Shown here piece by piece: positions 29,240 to 38,879 of a stretch of DNA of 64,000 bases. Under the pieces are notes generated by a model that worked only from the letters and a program-made list of their open reading frames with translations, did not search any database and was not told the origin of the DNA. Both the position numbers and the translations under genes were made by a program. Each line of letters begins with the position of its first letter. The first letter of the stretch is position 1. Source of the stretch: an uncultured delta proteobacterium. Its GTDB lineage: Bacteria > Desulfobacterota > RBG-13-43-22. The DNA is taken from positions 256,001 through 320,000 of the forward strand of contig CAWJJC010000022.1 in NCBI GenBank assembly GCA_963843145.1, in the 5' to 3' direction.

Positions 29240-30334
29240 CTAAAAAACAACCTGGTCGCCATTGGTCAAAAATACATTGCTGGCCTTGGCCACCGTAGAG
29301 TACTTCTTGTAAGACTTGTACTTGTTCGTGCCTTTGACGATGGGTATGCCCTCGGCCGCCGCCTTTTCCCCCCAGATCCATCCCGTGCAATGATTACAGG
29401 CGACCTTTTCCAATTTAAAGGTCTTAACCCCCCGGATGATATCGTCAAACTTGGGGTCCCAGGTTTCAAACAGGGTGATATGGAGGCCCCCGTAACAGCC
29501 ATAGGGATCATATCCTTCGAAATTCTTCTTGGCGTAAGAAAACAAGGATAGGATTCCCGGGTGGCAGCAGCCGGTTACGGTGAGAATGCCTTTGTCCTTG
29601 ACATTGAAATAGAGGACATTCTCTCCGCGGACCCGGAGCAGGATGGGGACATCAAAATTTTTAATCGCCACACCCTCCATGAGTTTATAAACACCCGTGC
29701 CTTTTTCCCCTTCCGGATCACAAAGCACCAGCTTTCCGGTGTGGGGGTGGTCGTTCTTACAGATGGGCACCGCTTTCCCTTCCTTGTTCTTGGCCACGTG
29801 GTGGGCCTTTTGCTTGAGCAGGGCCATGTCTTCGGGATAATAGGTTTTGGGGGCATACATGGTAATATCGGGTTTGTGCTTCATAGTGGATTCAATGCCC
29901 CAGAAGTGGTCCAGGTGCCAGTGGGAGAGCATCATAAACTCGATTTCCCCGCTCTTCAGCATGGCCGGGATCTTGTTCATTTGGAAGATATAGTCCATCC
30001 ATTCGGTGTTCCATCCGGTATCCATGAGAAATTTTCTCTCTTTACCCTCCAGCGTGGTCACGGTGATCAGGGCCGAGTAGCCCCCGGCATTGTCCCACGT
30101 CCAGGGGATGATGTACTGATTGGTCATGCCGCCGCCATAGTCCATCATATCTTTTTTAAAGATATCGTTATTAAACCAGCTTGTTTCGGTGAGGACGTCC
30201 ACCTTGACGGACTTCACCTGGCCGAGGTTCAATTTGTTGGCCGCTTTGGCCTGGCCGGGCAGGCCCAGGGACCCCGCCGCCGACAAAGCGGCCCCCGTGG
30301 CCATCATGGATTTCAGGAAATTGCGTCTTTCCAT
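29240..30334 (-). CDS. Tat-exported metallo-beta-lactamase-fold protein (COG1237-like)
   Basis: MERRNFLK twin-Arg signal; MDTG, SHWHLDH, GCCHPG, GGLH, HCTG motifs. Confidence 0.88.
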   Translation of the reverse strand: MERRNFLKSMMATGAALSAAGSLGLPGQAKAANKLNLGQVKSVKVDVLTETSWFNNDIFKKDMMDYGGGMTNQYIIPWTWDNAGGYSALITVTTLEGKERKFLMDTGWNTEWMDYIFQMNKIPAMLKSGEIEFMMLSHWHLDHFWGIESTMKHKPDITMYAPKTYYPEDMALLKQKAHHVAKNKEGKAVPICKNDHPHTGKLVLCDPEGEKGTGVYKLMEGVAIKNFDVPILLRVRGENVLYFNVKDKGILTVTGCCHPGILSLFSYAKKNFEGYDPYGCYGGLHITLFETWDPKFDDIIRGVKTFKLEKVACNHCTGWIWGEKAAAEGIPIVKGTNKYKSYKKYSTVAKASNVFLTNGDQVVF

Positions 30335-30416
30335 AATAATTCTCCTTGATTCTGAGATTCTGACCTAAAAAGATTTTTTTAAGGTACAGGAAACATTAAT
30401 ACAATCGTTTTATTAA

Positions 30417-30749
30417 TTAACCGGCCTCTTTTTCAATGCCTTTACGCAGGTTGTAAAGATAATCGATGAGCAGTTCGCTTTCGGTCGTTTTCAATGTGAC
30501 GCCGTTTTTATGCATGACATTGATCACCAGAACCCAATCATCACGGGTCTTCCCGGGTCTTTCCGGATCGGCCACGGAATCGTGGCACCCCAAACATTTT
30601 TGGGTATACAGTTTGTAGGCTTTTCTGTTTTCAACCTTTTTTTTGCCCTCCTGGGCCTCGCCGTTGATGCCCGCCAAGAAAAGAGCCGCTGCCAGGAAGG
30701 TAAAGAAGCCCAACCTTAGAAATACTTTTCCGCCTAAGCTTTTTTTCAT
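30417..30749 (-). CDS. Periplasmic monoheme c-type cytochrome
   Basis: Signal peptide, CLGCH heme motif, candidate distal Met in VINVMH. Confidence 0.85.
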   Translation of the reverse strand: MKKSLGGKVFLRLGFFTFLAAALFLAGINGEAQEGKKKVENRKAYKLYTQKCLGCHDSVADPERPGKTRDDWVLVINVMHKNGVTLKTTESELLIDYLYNLRKGIEKEAG

Positions 30750-30957
30750 TGATATCACCTCCTTTCCGTTTAATGATCACCTTATTAAAGAAATTGACCA
30801 AGACTCGAGTTTTTCCCTGAGTGACGACCTTCTCCACCACTAGTCATATTAGCAAAATCGAAGGGCAATAATCAATCGGTTAATTGAGACTACCTCTTAT
30901 CACCCCATACCCTTTTAGCCTGGCAAGGTCTCATGACGGTTACACGGATCCCCCCCA

Positions 30958-32064
30958 TTAAGGGGCGTCGTTTTTCGGCAGGGTGAAGCGAAAAATGCTG
31001 CCCTTCCCAAAAGTACTTTCCACCGAGAGCGTTCCCCCGTGGGCGGTCACAATGGCTTTGGCAATGGATAACCCCAGGCCGGAGCCTTCGCCCTTTTTGT
31101 CGATCCGGCAGAAGGCATCGAAGACGCAGGGCAGGTCTTCCGGCCGAATGCCCATCCCGGTATCCGAGACCTCCACCAGGACATCTTCGGTTCGGTTTGC
31201 CAGCCGGATGGTTACCGTGCCTCCCGGTTCGGTATATTTGACGGCATTGTCCAGGAGATTCGAGATCACCCGGTCGATCATGGCCGCATCGGCCAAAATA
31301 ACCGGCAGGCTTTCCTGGTCATATTCGAAAGACAGGGTTAGATTTTTTTTCTCGGCCTCCACCCGCATGGCTTCGAGGCGGTGGTTGAGGGCCTCTTCCA
31401 GATTATAGGGGGCCGGGGCCGGTTGATATTGATTTCGCTCAAATCTGGAAAAGTCGAGAAAGTCCGCTACGATTCGCTGCAATTTGGCGGTTTCATCCCT
31501 GATGATGGACAGGTAATCCTTCTGTTTTTCAGTCAGCGGACCGGCCTTTTCGGCGAGCAGCCTGTTCAAAAACCCTTCGCCGGTGACGATCGGATTTTTC
31601 ATGTCGTGGACCAGCATGGAGAGAAAGTTTTTTCGTTCCCTTTCCTTCTGCTTTATTTCAGTGATGTCCCGGAACAATTCGACCCCGCCGAGAAAATTTC
31701 CCGCGTCGTCAAAGAGCGGAAAGATCGTCATAGATAAGGTAATGGCTTCCCCGCTCTTTTTCTTTAGGATCCCTTCGGTGGCAATGGAAGAGGTGTGCCG
31801 TTCAAAGGCCTGTGAAAATAACGGACAGGAATGGGGATCGGATGAGCCGTGGAGGATTTGGAGGTGTGATTTTCCTAAAATCTCATCTCGCGAATATCCC
31901 GTGAGCTGCTCGGCGGCCGGATTAAACTCCAGGATAATTCCATCCTGGTCGACCAGGGAAAAACCGACCGGCAGGTTTCTGAGAATGGCCTCGTAAAGTT
32001 GCGGGATCGAAAAAACAGGCTTCATTCCAACCGGGTGACTTTCGGGCGCATCTGTCGGCGGCAT
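30958..32064 (-). CDS. PAS histidine kinase
   Basis: PAS; LVHDMKNP; NLLDNA; DTGMG; GSGLGL. Confidence 0.92.
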   Translation of the reverse strand: MPPTDAPESHPVGMKPVFSIPQLYEAILRNLPVGFSLVDQDGIILEFNPAAEQLTGYSRDEILGKSHLQILHGSSDPHSCPLFSQAFERHTSSIATEGILKKKSGEAITLSMTIFPLFDDAGNFLGGVELFRDITEIKQKERERKNFLSMLVHDMKNPIVTGEGFLNRLLAEKAGPLTEKQKDYLSIIRDETAKLQRIVADFLDFSRFERNQYQPAPAPYNLEEALNHRLEAMRVEAEKKNLTLSFEYDQESLPVILADAAMIDRVISNLLDNAVKYTEPGGTVTIRLANRTEDVLVEVSDTGMGIRPEDLPCVFDAFCRIDKKGEGSGLGLSIAKAIVTAHGGTLSVESTFGKGSIFRFTLPKNDAP

Positions 32065-32122
32065 TATTTTTCTTCCTGCTGGCGAACGGGCTGATCTTTT
32101 AAGGGACCAACCGTCGGCTTGT

Positions 32123-32476
32123 TTAAAAATTAAAGACCTTGGCCTCTGCAGCCAGATCGATTAAATGGGGTCCCCCATCCAAAACCATGTTGGAGAAAAA
32201 CTTGGCCTCGTCCACCTGACGGGCCTGGGCACAGGGGATTCAGACCCCGATCGGGATTTCATGTTCAATTAGGTAAGGTAGATAGTCCTGGGGACAATCG
32301 CCGGTAACCGTTTTAATGGTCAGGTCCCGGCCGGAATCGGCCCATTTGACGCCGTCGTCGATAAGAAAAATATTCACCTGATGTCCCTTGGAATGCGCTA
32401 TTTTCCCAAACTGGAAACAACGGGTCGCCTTTCCCACCTCATCCTTGCTCAAGACAAACAAAAAATTAGCCATCAC
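32123..32476 (-). CDS. DsrE-family selenoprotein (UxxC)
   Basis: DsrE N-terminus (IFLIDDGV); in-frame TGA at 32242-32240 continues as U-IPCAQARQV...KVFNF*; hairpin at 32204-32225. Confidence 0.85.
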
Positions 32477-32494
32477 TTTCTCCTCCTTTACTTT

Positions 32495-33493
32495 TTAAGG
32501 GGAAGGAATGGTCCCCCTGATGAATGAAGATTTTTTCCTGGTTCCTTTTCCCGTCAACGAAGTCAATGTCTGAAGACGTTTCTCCGCGTCTTTCGTAATC
32601 CGGCTGAAAAGATCGGCTAGGGTCATTTCTTTGTGGATGAGGGCCACCCCCTGTCCCATCATCAGCGCCCCTTTTTCCAGGTCTCCCTCGGCCACGGCCA
32701 GTCGAAGGGCGGCTATGGTCAGGTCGTCGATCTTTTTCTTATCTACCCCCTGTCGTTCCAAGGCCAGGATTTCCCGGACCCGCTGATTCCTGAAAACTCG
32801 AAACTCCAGTCCTGTAGAACGACCGATGACCGTGGTATCCGTATCCCCGGCCGATAAAACCGCCTGCTTATAATGAGGATGAAGTGTGGCTTCCCGGGTA
32901 GCCAATAGCCGGGTACCTAACTGAACCGCCTCCGCCCCCAGGGCCAAGGCCGCGGCCAGACCACGGCCATCGGCGATTCCTCCGGCCGCTATTATCGGCA
33001 AATCGGTAGTATCTTGCACCAGCGGTATCAAAACCAGGGTGCTTATTTCATCGGGACAGAGATTACCGCCGGCTTCGGCCCCCATGGCGATCAAGGCATC
33101 CACCCCGGCCTGATCCGCCCTTTCGGCCATCTCCCGGTTGAAGACGACCTGCAAAACAATCCGTCCGGCTTTTTTGAATCGCTGGACCCAGGGAAGTGGA
33201 TCCCCGGCAGAGAAAACAATAACGGGCACCTCTTCCTCGTAAACCACCTCGATGGCTTCCTTGGCGGAGGCCAGACGGAGGGGGATGTTGACCGCAAAGG
33301 GCTTTGCGGTTATCTGGCGAAGCCGGCTAATTTCCTTCCGTAACTCTTCAGGTTGAAAGGTGGCCGCCGCAATGGTTCCCAACCCTCCAGCCTCACAGAC
33401 CGCGGCGGCCATATCCGCTCCGGTAATCCAGGCCATGGCCCCCTGGAGAAGAGGATAATGGATTTTAAGCAAGCGGGTTATTGAAGTTTGAAT
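32495..33493 (-). CDS. FabK/nitronate monooxygenase-family flavoprotein
   Basis: YPLLQGAM, AGGLG, EAGG, IAAGGIADGRG, LGTR; start is either ATT 33493 or TTG 33472. Confidence 0.85.
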   Translation of the reverse strand: MQTSITRLLKIHYPLLQGAMAWITGADMAAAVCEAGGLGTIAAATFQPEELRKEISRLRQITAKPFAVNIPLRLASAKEAIEVVYEEEVPVIVFSAGDPLPWVQRFKKAGRIVLQVVFNREMAERADQAGVDALIAMGAEAGGNLCPDEISTLVLIPLVQDTTDLPIIAAGGIADGRGLAAALALGAEAVQLGTRLLATREATLHPHYKQAVLSAGDTDTTVIGRSTGLEFRVFRNQRVREILALERQGVDKKKIDDLTIAALRLAVAEGDLEKGALMMGQGVALIHKEMTLADLFSRITKDAEKRLQTLTSLTGKGTRKKSSFIRGTIPSP

Positions 33494-33515
33494 AGTTCAG
33501 CTCCGATCCGGATGA

Positions 33516-34274
33516 TCACTTCGTAACCGTCCTCAGTTTTGCCAGAGCCTGGTGCGCAGCATTGATTAAAGGATGCACCGTGGGCGCCGAAGTGAGCAGG
33601 GGATGCGTGGCGATCTGCATCATATCCAGATCGCGGACATTCAGCTTGGTCTGGATCCCGATGGCTATGGTATTGATCAATTCCCCGACAGAAGATCCTC
33701 CCGACAACTGACCGCCAAGCAGCGTCCCCCCTTTATCGGCGAAGATCAGCTTGACCTTCAGCGGGGATGATCCGGGAAGTACTCCCGGGTGGCGATCCGG
33801 AGCAACCGCCTGACCCGTAACCATCCTAAATTCCTCTTGTTCACAGGCCCGGCAAGTCATCCCGGCGCTGGCCAGGGAAATATCCCCGATCTTGGTTGAA
33901 AAGGCAGAGATGGTCCCCTGTATCTGCCGGAGAACGCGGATCCCATATATATTGGTTCCGGCGATTCTCGCTTCAGCCGTCGCTGTTGAGGCCAGCCAAA
34001 CAGGGGCCTCTTTTCTGGTAAAAAAATCACGTTTCAAAGCGCAATCACCCACAGCGAAAACGTTTTTCGTTCTGGTTCTCATATAAGAATCCACCCATAT
34101 AGAGCCGCTTTCGGTGCAAAACAATTTGGCCTTTTTGGCCAAATCAATGTTTGGTTTGCCGCCGATGCCCAGGATGACGAGATCGGCGGCTAGGGTCTCT
34201 CCGTTATCCAGAGTGACTGATTCCACCCTGGTATTTCCATCAATGGAAACCAGATCTTCGGCAAAATCACTCAT
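33516..34274 (-). pseudogene. N-terminally deleted NADH oxidase/CoA-disulfide reductase-family gene
   Basis: Has ADLVILGIG, VFAVGDC and the dimerisation domain (LLGGQ, HP) but no N-terminal GxGxxG FAD/NAD motifs. Confidence 0.7.
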
Positions 34275-34304
34275 ATTTTCCCTCCTGACCCGGGACTCAG
34301 AGGC

Positions 34305-35633
34305 TCATAAATGATCCGCGTTTTGCCTTCCTATCTCGGACTCCTCTGCCGGGTGCGGTGCGGTAAGCGGTTCGGACTGGTTATTCCTGAATTTGTCGAT
34401 GACTTCGCGCACCGTTGCACCCTCTTCGGCCCGGTAAATGTCCACAAAATGGTCTTTCAACATGTAAAATGAAATTTCTCCAATTTTAGGGGTGAAAACA
34501 ATATCCAGTCGGTGCTTGAGGACGGCCTTGATGACTTTGACTCCCACATGGATCTGTTCTTTTTCCTTGATAAATTCATTGTAATAAAAGTCCTCGATCT
34601 CCAAGACGTCCCGGTCCACTTCGAGAATAATGAAATAAGGGGCCCTGCCGAAATGCCCGTAGACCCTTGAATCCAATCCGTTAATATCCTCTACGGGGAT
34701 TATGATCGACCGGTCCGTTTGTTTAGACGGTTCTATGTGCACGAAAACGGATTCAATCCCATCATAGGTTTTTATCACCCTTTCTTCCATTTGGTCTGCC
34801 AGATCATGAGCCTTATACACGGTCAAGGAAGGGCTGGTGGTGACGATACATTCCACCATTTTGAATGGCCCGAACTGCCTTATTTTTACCTCCCCCACCC
34901 CCTTAACCCCCTTCATTTTGAATAGTTGGTCTTCTATTCCCTGCTGCATTTGTGGATCGAGATTGGCGTCCATCAATATCAGAATAGGGGTCCAGACATT
35001 TTTTAGGCCCAGGCGGATAATAAGCAGGGCGATTACCATGATGACCGCGCCCTCGGCATAGGGGACCCTGGCGTAGGCCAACAACAGACCCATCAGAACA
35101 ATTAAGGAGATGCCTATATCCAGAAAAGATTCAGAGGCGTTGGCTAACAGGGAGTTGGACTTGATCAGCTCACCCGTTTCTTTCTCCTTTTTGGCGATAA
35201 AATAGGCGGCGATCAGGGAAAGCAAACTTACAGCAACCGGCCAAATTGGAAATTGTTGCAGAGAAGGTAGAATGAAGAACTTCTTAAATCCTTCGTTCAG
35301 GTTCTCTAGTCCGGCCCAAGTAATCAGGATTCCAATTACCAGGGTTACAAATGTCTCGGCCCGGTATAATCCATAGGGGAATCTTTCACTTTTTTTTCGG
35401 GAGGCCAGCCAGAGCCCTAACCAGGAGGCAAAGATGGCCACCACGTCAACGCCGCTGTGGAAGGCGTCGGCGATGAGAATTCTGGAATCTGACCGGTGGC
35501 CTATGACGAACTTTCCGGCCGCCAAAAGTACCGTCAAACAAGTTGCGATTAAGGCGACCTTCCGACCCTGTTTAAGCCTATCGGTAGGGTGGTTTCCGGC
35601 ATCCATTTTTTCGGCCGAAACCAGGCTATTCAC
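34305..35633 (-). CDS. Cation diffusion facilitator fused to a NifB/NifX-like domain
   Basis: ADAFHS, FPYG, AHDLAD, VHIEP; C-terminal GHFGRAPYF. Confidence 0.9.
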   Translation of the reverse strand: MNSLVSAEKMDAGNHPTDRLKQGRKVALIATCLTVLLAAGKFVIGHRSDSRILIADAFHSGVDVVAIFASWLGLWLASRKKSERFPYGLYRAETFVTLVIGILITWAGLENLNEGFKKFFILPSLQQFPIWPVAVSLLSLIAAYFIAKKEKETGELIKSNSLLANASESFLDIGISLIVLMGLLLAYARVPYAEGAVIMVIALLIIRLGLKNVWTPILILMDANLDPQMQQGIEDQLFKMKGVKGVGEVKIRQFGPFKMVECIVTTSPSLTVYKAHDLADQMEERVIKTYDGIESVFVHIEPSKQTDRSIIIPVEDINGLDSRVYGHFGRAPYFIILEVDRDVLEIEDFYYNEFIKEKEQIHVGVKVIKAVLKHRLDIVFTPKIGEISFYMLKDHFVDIYRAEEGATVREVIDKFRNNQSEPLTAPHPAEESEIGRQNADHL

Positions 35634-35850
35634 CCTTTAAAAATTGGCGGGTCATAATTGATCCGCACTGAGGGCAATGGCTTTGGAAACAAGGGATACC
35701 TGGCTTATGGGGCACCACAAGACGGCATTGGGGACAGATACAATTCGTAGAAGGCCCTCCCGGCCCGATGGCTCCAGGGCCTCTTCCGCTACCGAACGCT
35801 CTGCCTTTACTTCCCCGTTGTCGCCCGCCGCCCCCGAACATAAAGGGCAT
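35626..35850 (-). CDS. Small Gly-rich Cys-motif (zinc-ribbon-like) protein
   Basis: CICPQC..PH..G.PC....CPQCG..M.R. Confidence 0.75.
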   Translation of the reverse strand: MPFMFGGGGRQRGSKGRAFGSGRGPGAIGPGGPSTNCICPQCRLVVPHKPGIPCFQSHCPQCGSIMTRQFLKGE

Positions 35851-35871
35851 GATGACCTCCTGTCCGCACGC

Positions 35872-36639
35872 TCATTTAAAGGGGCGCTTTTTGGCTACGG
35901 AAAGATTAATTTTTTTTACATTTTTTTTAAAAAACTGCATTCCACCGCCTTCGCTGACGATCTGTAGAATGCCTTTGTTGTCCAGAACCTCGATACCGGA
36001 AAGAACCGTTACCGGAGTGTCCTGAAAGACCTCCGGCAAAAAAGGGGTGGAGGCCCCTAACAGGACGACCTCACGACAGGATCGGGAGGCTTCCAAGAGG
36101 GCATCCAAGGTATTATTAATCAAAGTGGTTGAAGTGATCAGGGCAACTTGGCATCGAGGAAGAAGCTTTAAGGCCACCTCTTCAGGAAGTATTTCTCCTG
36201 GTTGTTCCACCTTTTCAAAAATATGCAGCCGGCTGACCTTTTTTTTTAGTTCAAGAACCAGAGGACCAAAATATCCCACCATTCCCACCGTATCTTCAGA
36301 TGTTAGGTTGAGGAATTCCAGGATATCCCCTTCCTGAGCCCCACAGGGTTGATAGTTGGACAGGGCATTGACCGTTGCCAATCCCACCGCCGCCTCTATT
36401 TTTTCATTTGAATCAAGACCGGACAAAAGGTCCCCTACTCTCCTGCCGGCCAGGGGGCGCAGGCCAGGAAATACGGAACATCCTCCGGGTAAATCCTGCC
36501 GAAAAGTAAAGGCCACACCGGTCCGGCCGGATTCGAGCTGCACAGCAGTGTATCCCAAACCGATACGCACATCTTTAACCCGATCTTCCCTGCCGCTTTC
36601 TTGCAGAGCTTGTATGATCTTTTTCTGGATGATGCCCAT
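35872..36639 (-). CDS. DUF364 Rossmann-like putative metal-chelation protein
   Basis: IGLGYTAV, GLATVNAL, MVGYFGP, ITSTTLINNT, GAST. Confidence 0.85.
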   Translation of the reverse strand: MGIIQKKIIQALQESGREDRVKDVRIGLGYTAVQLESGRTGVAFTFRQDLPGGCSVFPGLRPLAGRRVGDLLSGLDSNEKIEAAVGLATVNALSNYQPCGAQEGDILEFLNLTSEDTVGMVGYFGPLVLELKKKVSRLHIFEKVEQPGEILPEEVALKLLPRCQVALITSTTLINNTLDALLEASRSCREVVLLGASTPFLPEVFQDTPVTVLSGIEVLDNKGILQIVSEGGGMQFFKKNVKKINLSVAKKRPFK

Positions 36640-36712
36640 GAGGTAAAAAACGCTCGCCCCTTTATAAGCCCTTCACCCGGGCTTTCAAATTTCTACTTAT
36701 TCGGCCAACAGA

Positions 36713-37417
36713 TCAGGGCTTCCAGACCTCCCAGACCTTGCCGACCAACGCCGGTCCGGGTTTAAGGGTTACTTGTCCCGGCTGCCAGCCCGAAGGGGTT
36801 ACTTCACCGGTGGAACGCACATGCTGGAAGGCCTTGATTTGCCGCATCAACTCGTCGGGACTGCGCCCCACCTCAGGGGTAAGGACCTCCATGGCGCGGA
36901 TGATAAAATCCGGATCAATAATGAAACGACCTCGAATATCCACCCCGGCCGCTTCGTCATACACCCCGTAAATCGTGCCGATTTTCCCCCCGGCGTCTGA
37001 GAGCATCGGGAAGGGGACCCCGCCGTTTACCATCTTGGACAACTCCTGCTCCTGCCAAATTTTGTGGACAAAACGACTATCGGTACTCATGGCCAAAACT
37101 TCTACTTCCCGCGCCTTAAATTCCTGATAACGGGCGGCAACTGCCGCCAGTTCGGTCGGTCAGACAAAAGTGAAGTCTCCGGGGTAGAAGCAAAGAACAA
37201 TCCATTGACCCTTATAGTCCGAGAGTTTAATCGGCTTAAATCCCTGGCCTTCGACGAAGGCATTCGCCTCAAAATCCACAGCTTCCGACCCAACGCGAGC
37301 GATCATCTTTTTTCCCTCCGGTGATGGTGCACTTCCAACTGCCGCCACGGATGATTCCACTGCGGGGACAATGGGCCCCCGCGCAGGTTTGACACAACCT
37401 TCGGTGAGTTCCGGCAT
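36713..37417 (-). CDS. prxU: Selenocysteine-containing peroxiredoxin
   Basis: [16 protein letters not shown]: UGA at the peroxidatic Cys position (37162-37160); reading continues in frame through STDS..H..W and GR to the stop at 36713; hairpin at 37133-37148. Confidence 0.93.
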
Positions 37418-37533
37418 AGCACCTCCTAATCTGAGAATTTATCTCTAACAGGTTAGCAAGAGAATCTGCAAATTCGAAACACGAAACAAGCACGAAAGTC
37501 CAAAGTCCAAATATTTTTGGTTAGTCTTCTCTG

Positions 37534-37992
37534 CTAACCGGCACTCCCCTTACCCTGAGGAGCGGACTTAAAATAATTTTCAATGGCCTGCCGCAACGTG
37601 TCTCGGGCCAGCACCGCACAATGTTTTTCTTCCGAAGGGATGGCCGAAAGGCAGCGGAGTATCTGGTGTTCGTCAATATCCCAGGCCTCCTCCAGGCTTT
37701 TTCCCTTGGCCAAAGAGGCGGCGATGGAGGCACAGGTCCGGCTGAAAGCGCAGCCATCGACTTGAAACCGAACTTCGTCGATGTTTTCCTTCCCGATGCG
37801 CAAGTACATCATCATGGTATCCCCGCAAGGTCCGGTGATTTTACCGATCCCATTGGCCTCGGGTAACTGGCCTTCATTGTAAGGACCCAGCCAATTTTGT
37901 AGATAGGGTTGTCCCCCTCCGATTCCGACCGGACTATTCGGGATCGTCTCGCGGTTCACCGATCGGTTTTTGTTATCCAGTTCCATGTCCAT
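37534..37992 (-). CDS. NifU/IscU-like Fe-S scaffold
   Basis: GPCGD, DGCAFS, HCA.LA motifs. Confidence 0.88.
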   Translation of the reverse strand: MDMELDNKNRSVNRETIPNSPVGIGGGQPYLQNWLGPYNEGQLPEANGIGKITGPCGDTMMMYLRIGKENIDEVRFQVDGCAFSRTCASIAASLAKGKSLEEAWDIDEHQILRCLSAIPSEEKHCAVLARDTLRQAIENYFKSAPQGKGSAG

Positions 37993-38879
37993 CCTTTGGA
38001 ATTTGGTTCAGGAATTCCAGCGTCCGCTCCCAGAGGACCCCTATTTCTCGGCCCAATCCATCAGGCGCATATTCAGGGATGGTCTGGGCCGCCACCATGG
38101 CCTGGGTGACGACGGGATCATAGGGGAGTCTTTCCCAGAAGCCCCAGGTTGTTTTTTCGAGCATAATCCTCGATTTTCCGGGAAACGTCGGGCTGAAGGT
38201 CGAATTTATTAATCAGGACCATCCCCGGGATCTTAAAATGTCGGAGCAATTCCACCACCCGGTTTAAGTCATGGAGTCCCGAAAGGGTGGGTTCAGTGAC
38301 CAGCAGCACCGCGTCGGTTCCGGTAACCGACGAAATGACCGGACACCCGATACCGGGAGGTCCGTCGATGAGGATTAGTGGTCGCCCCTGCTCCTCGGCC
38401 AGATCCCGGGCCTGCTGTCGGACAAGGGACACCAGCAGGCCTGAATTTTCCTGGGCCACCCCCAACTGGGCATGCACCAGAGGACCAAAACGGGTATCGG
38501 AGACAAACCACTGGCCGCACTCGACCAGGGGAAAATCGATCGCCTGGACCGGGCAGAAATGTACGCAGACCCCGCAGCCCTCGCAGGAAAAAGGGTCTAC
38601 CCGGTAGTCTTCACTAATAGCCTGAAAGTTGCAAACCTCCCGACACAAACCACAGGCGGTGCAGCTTTCCGCCCGGATGACGGCCTTCCGCCCTCCCAAA
38701 AAACGTTCGGTTTTTCGTTTTTGCGGATCGAGCAGGAGGTGCAGGTCCGGGGCATCCACATCGCAATCAACCAGGACCTTATCCGGAATGATGGCCGCCA
38801 AGGCCCCTACCAGGCTGGTTTTTCCCGTTCCGCCCTTGCCACTCAAGACCGCGATTTCTTTAATTTTAGTGGAGGACAT
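37973..38879 (-). pseudogene. MinD-superfamily ATPase with ferredoxin insert, frameshifted near its 3' end
   Basis: SGKGGTGKT, DCDVDAP, 2x4Fe-4S, DGPPGIGCP; C-terminus RLPYDPVVTQAM lies in another frame after an extra A near 38131. Confidence 0.8.
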
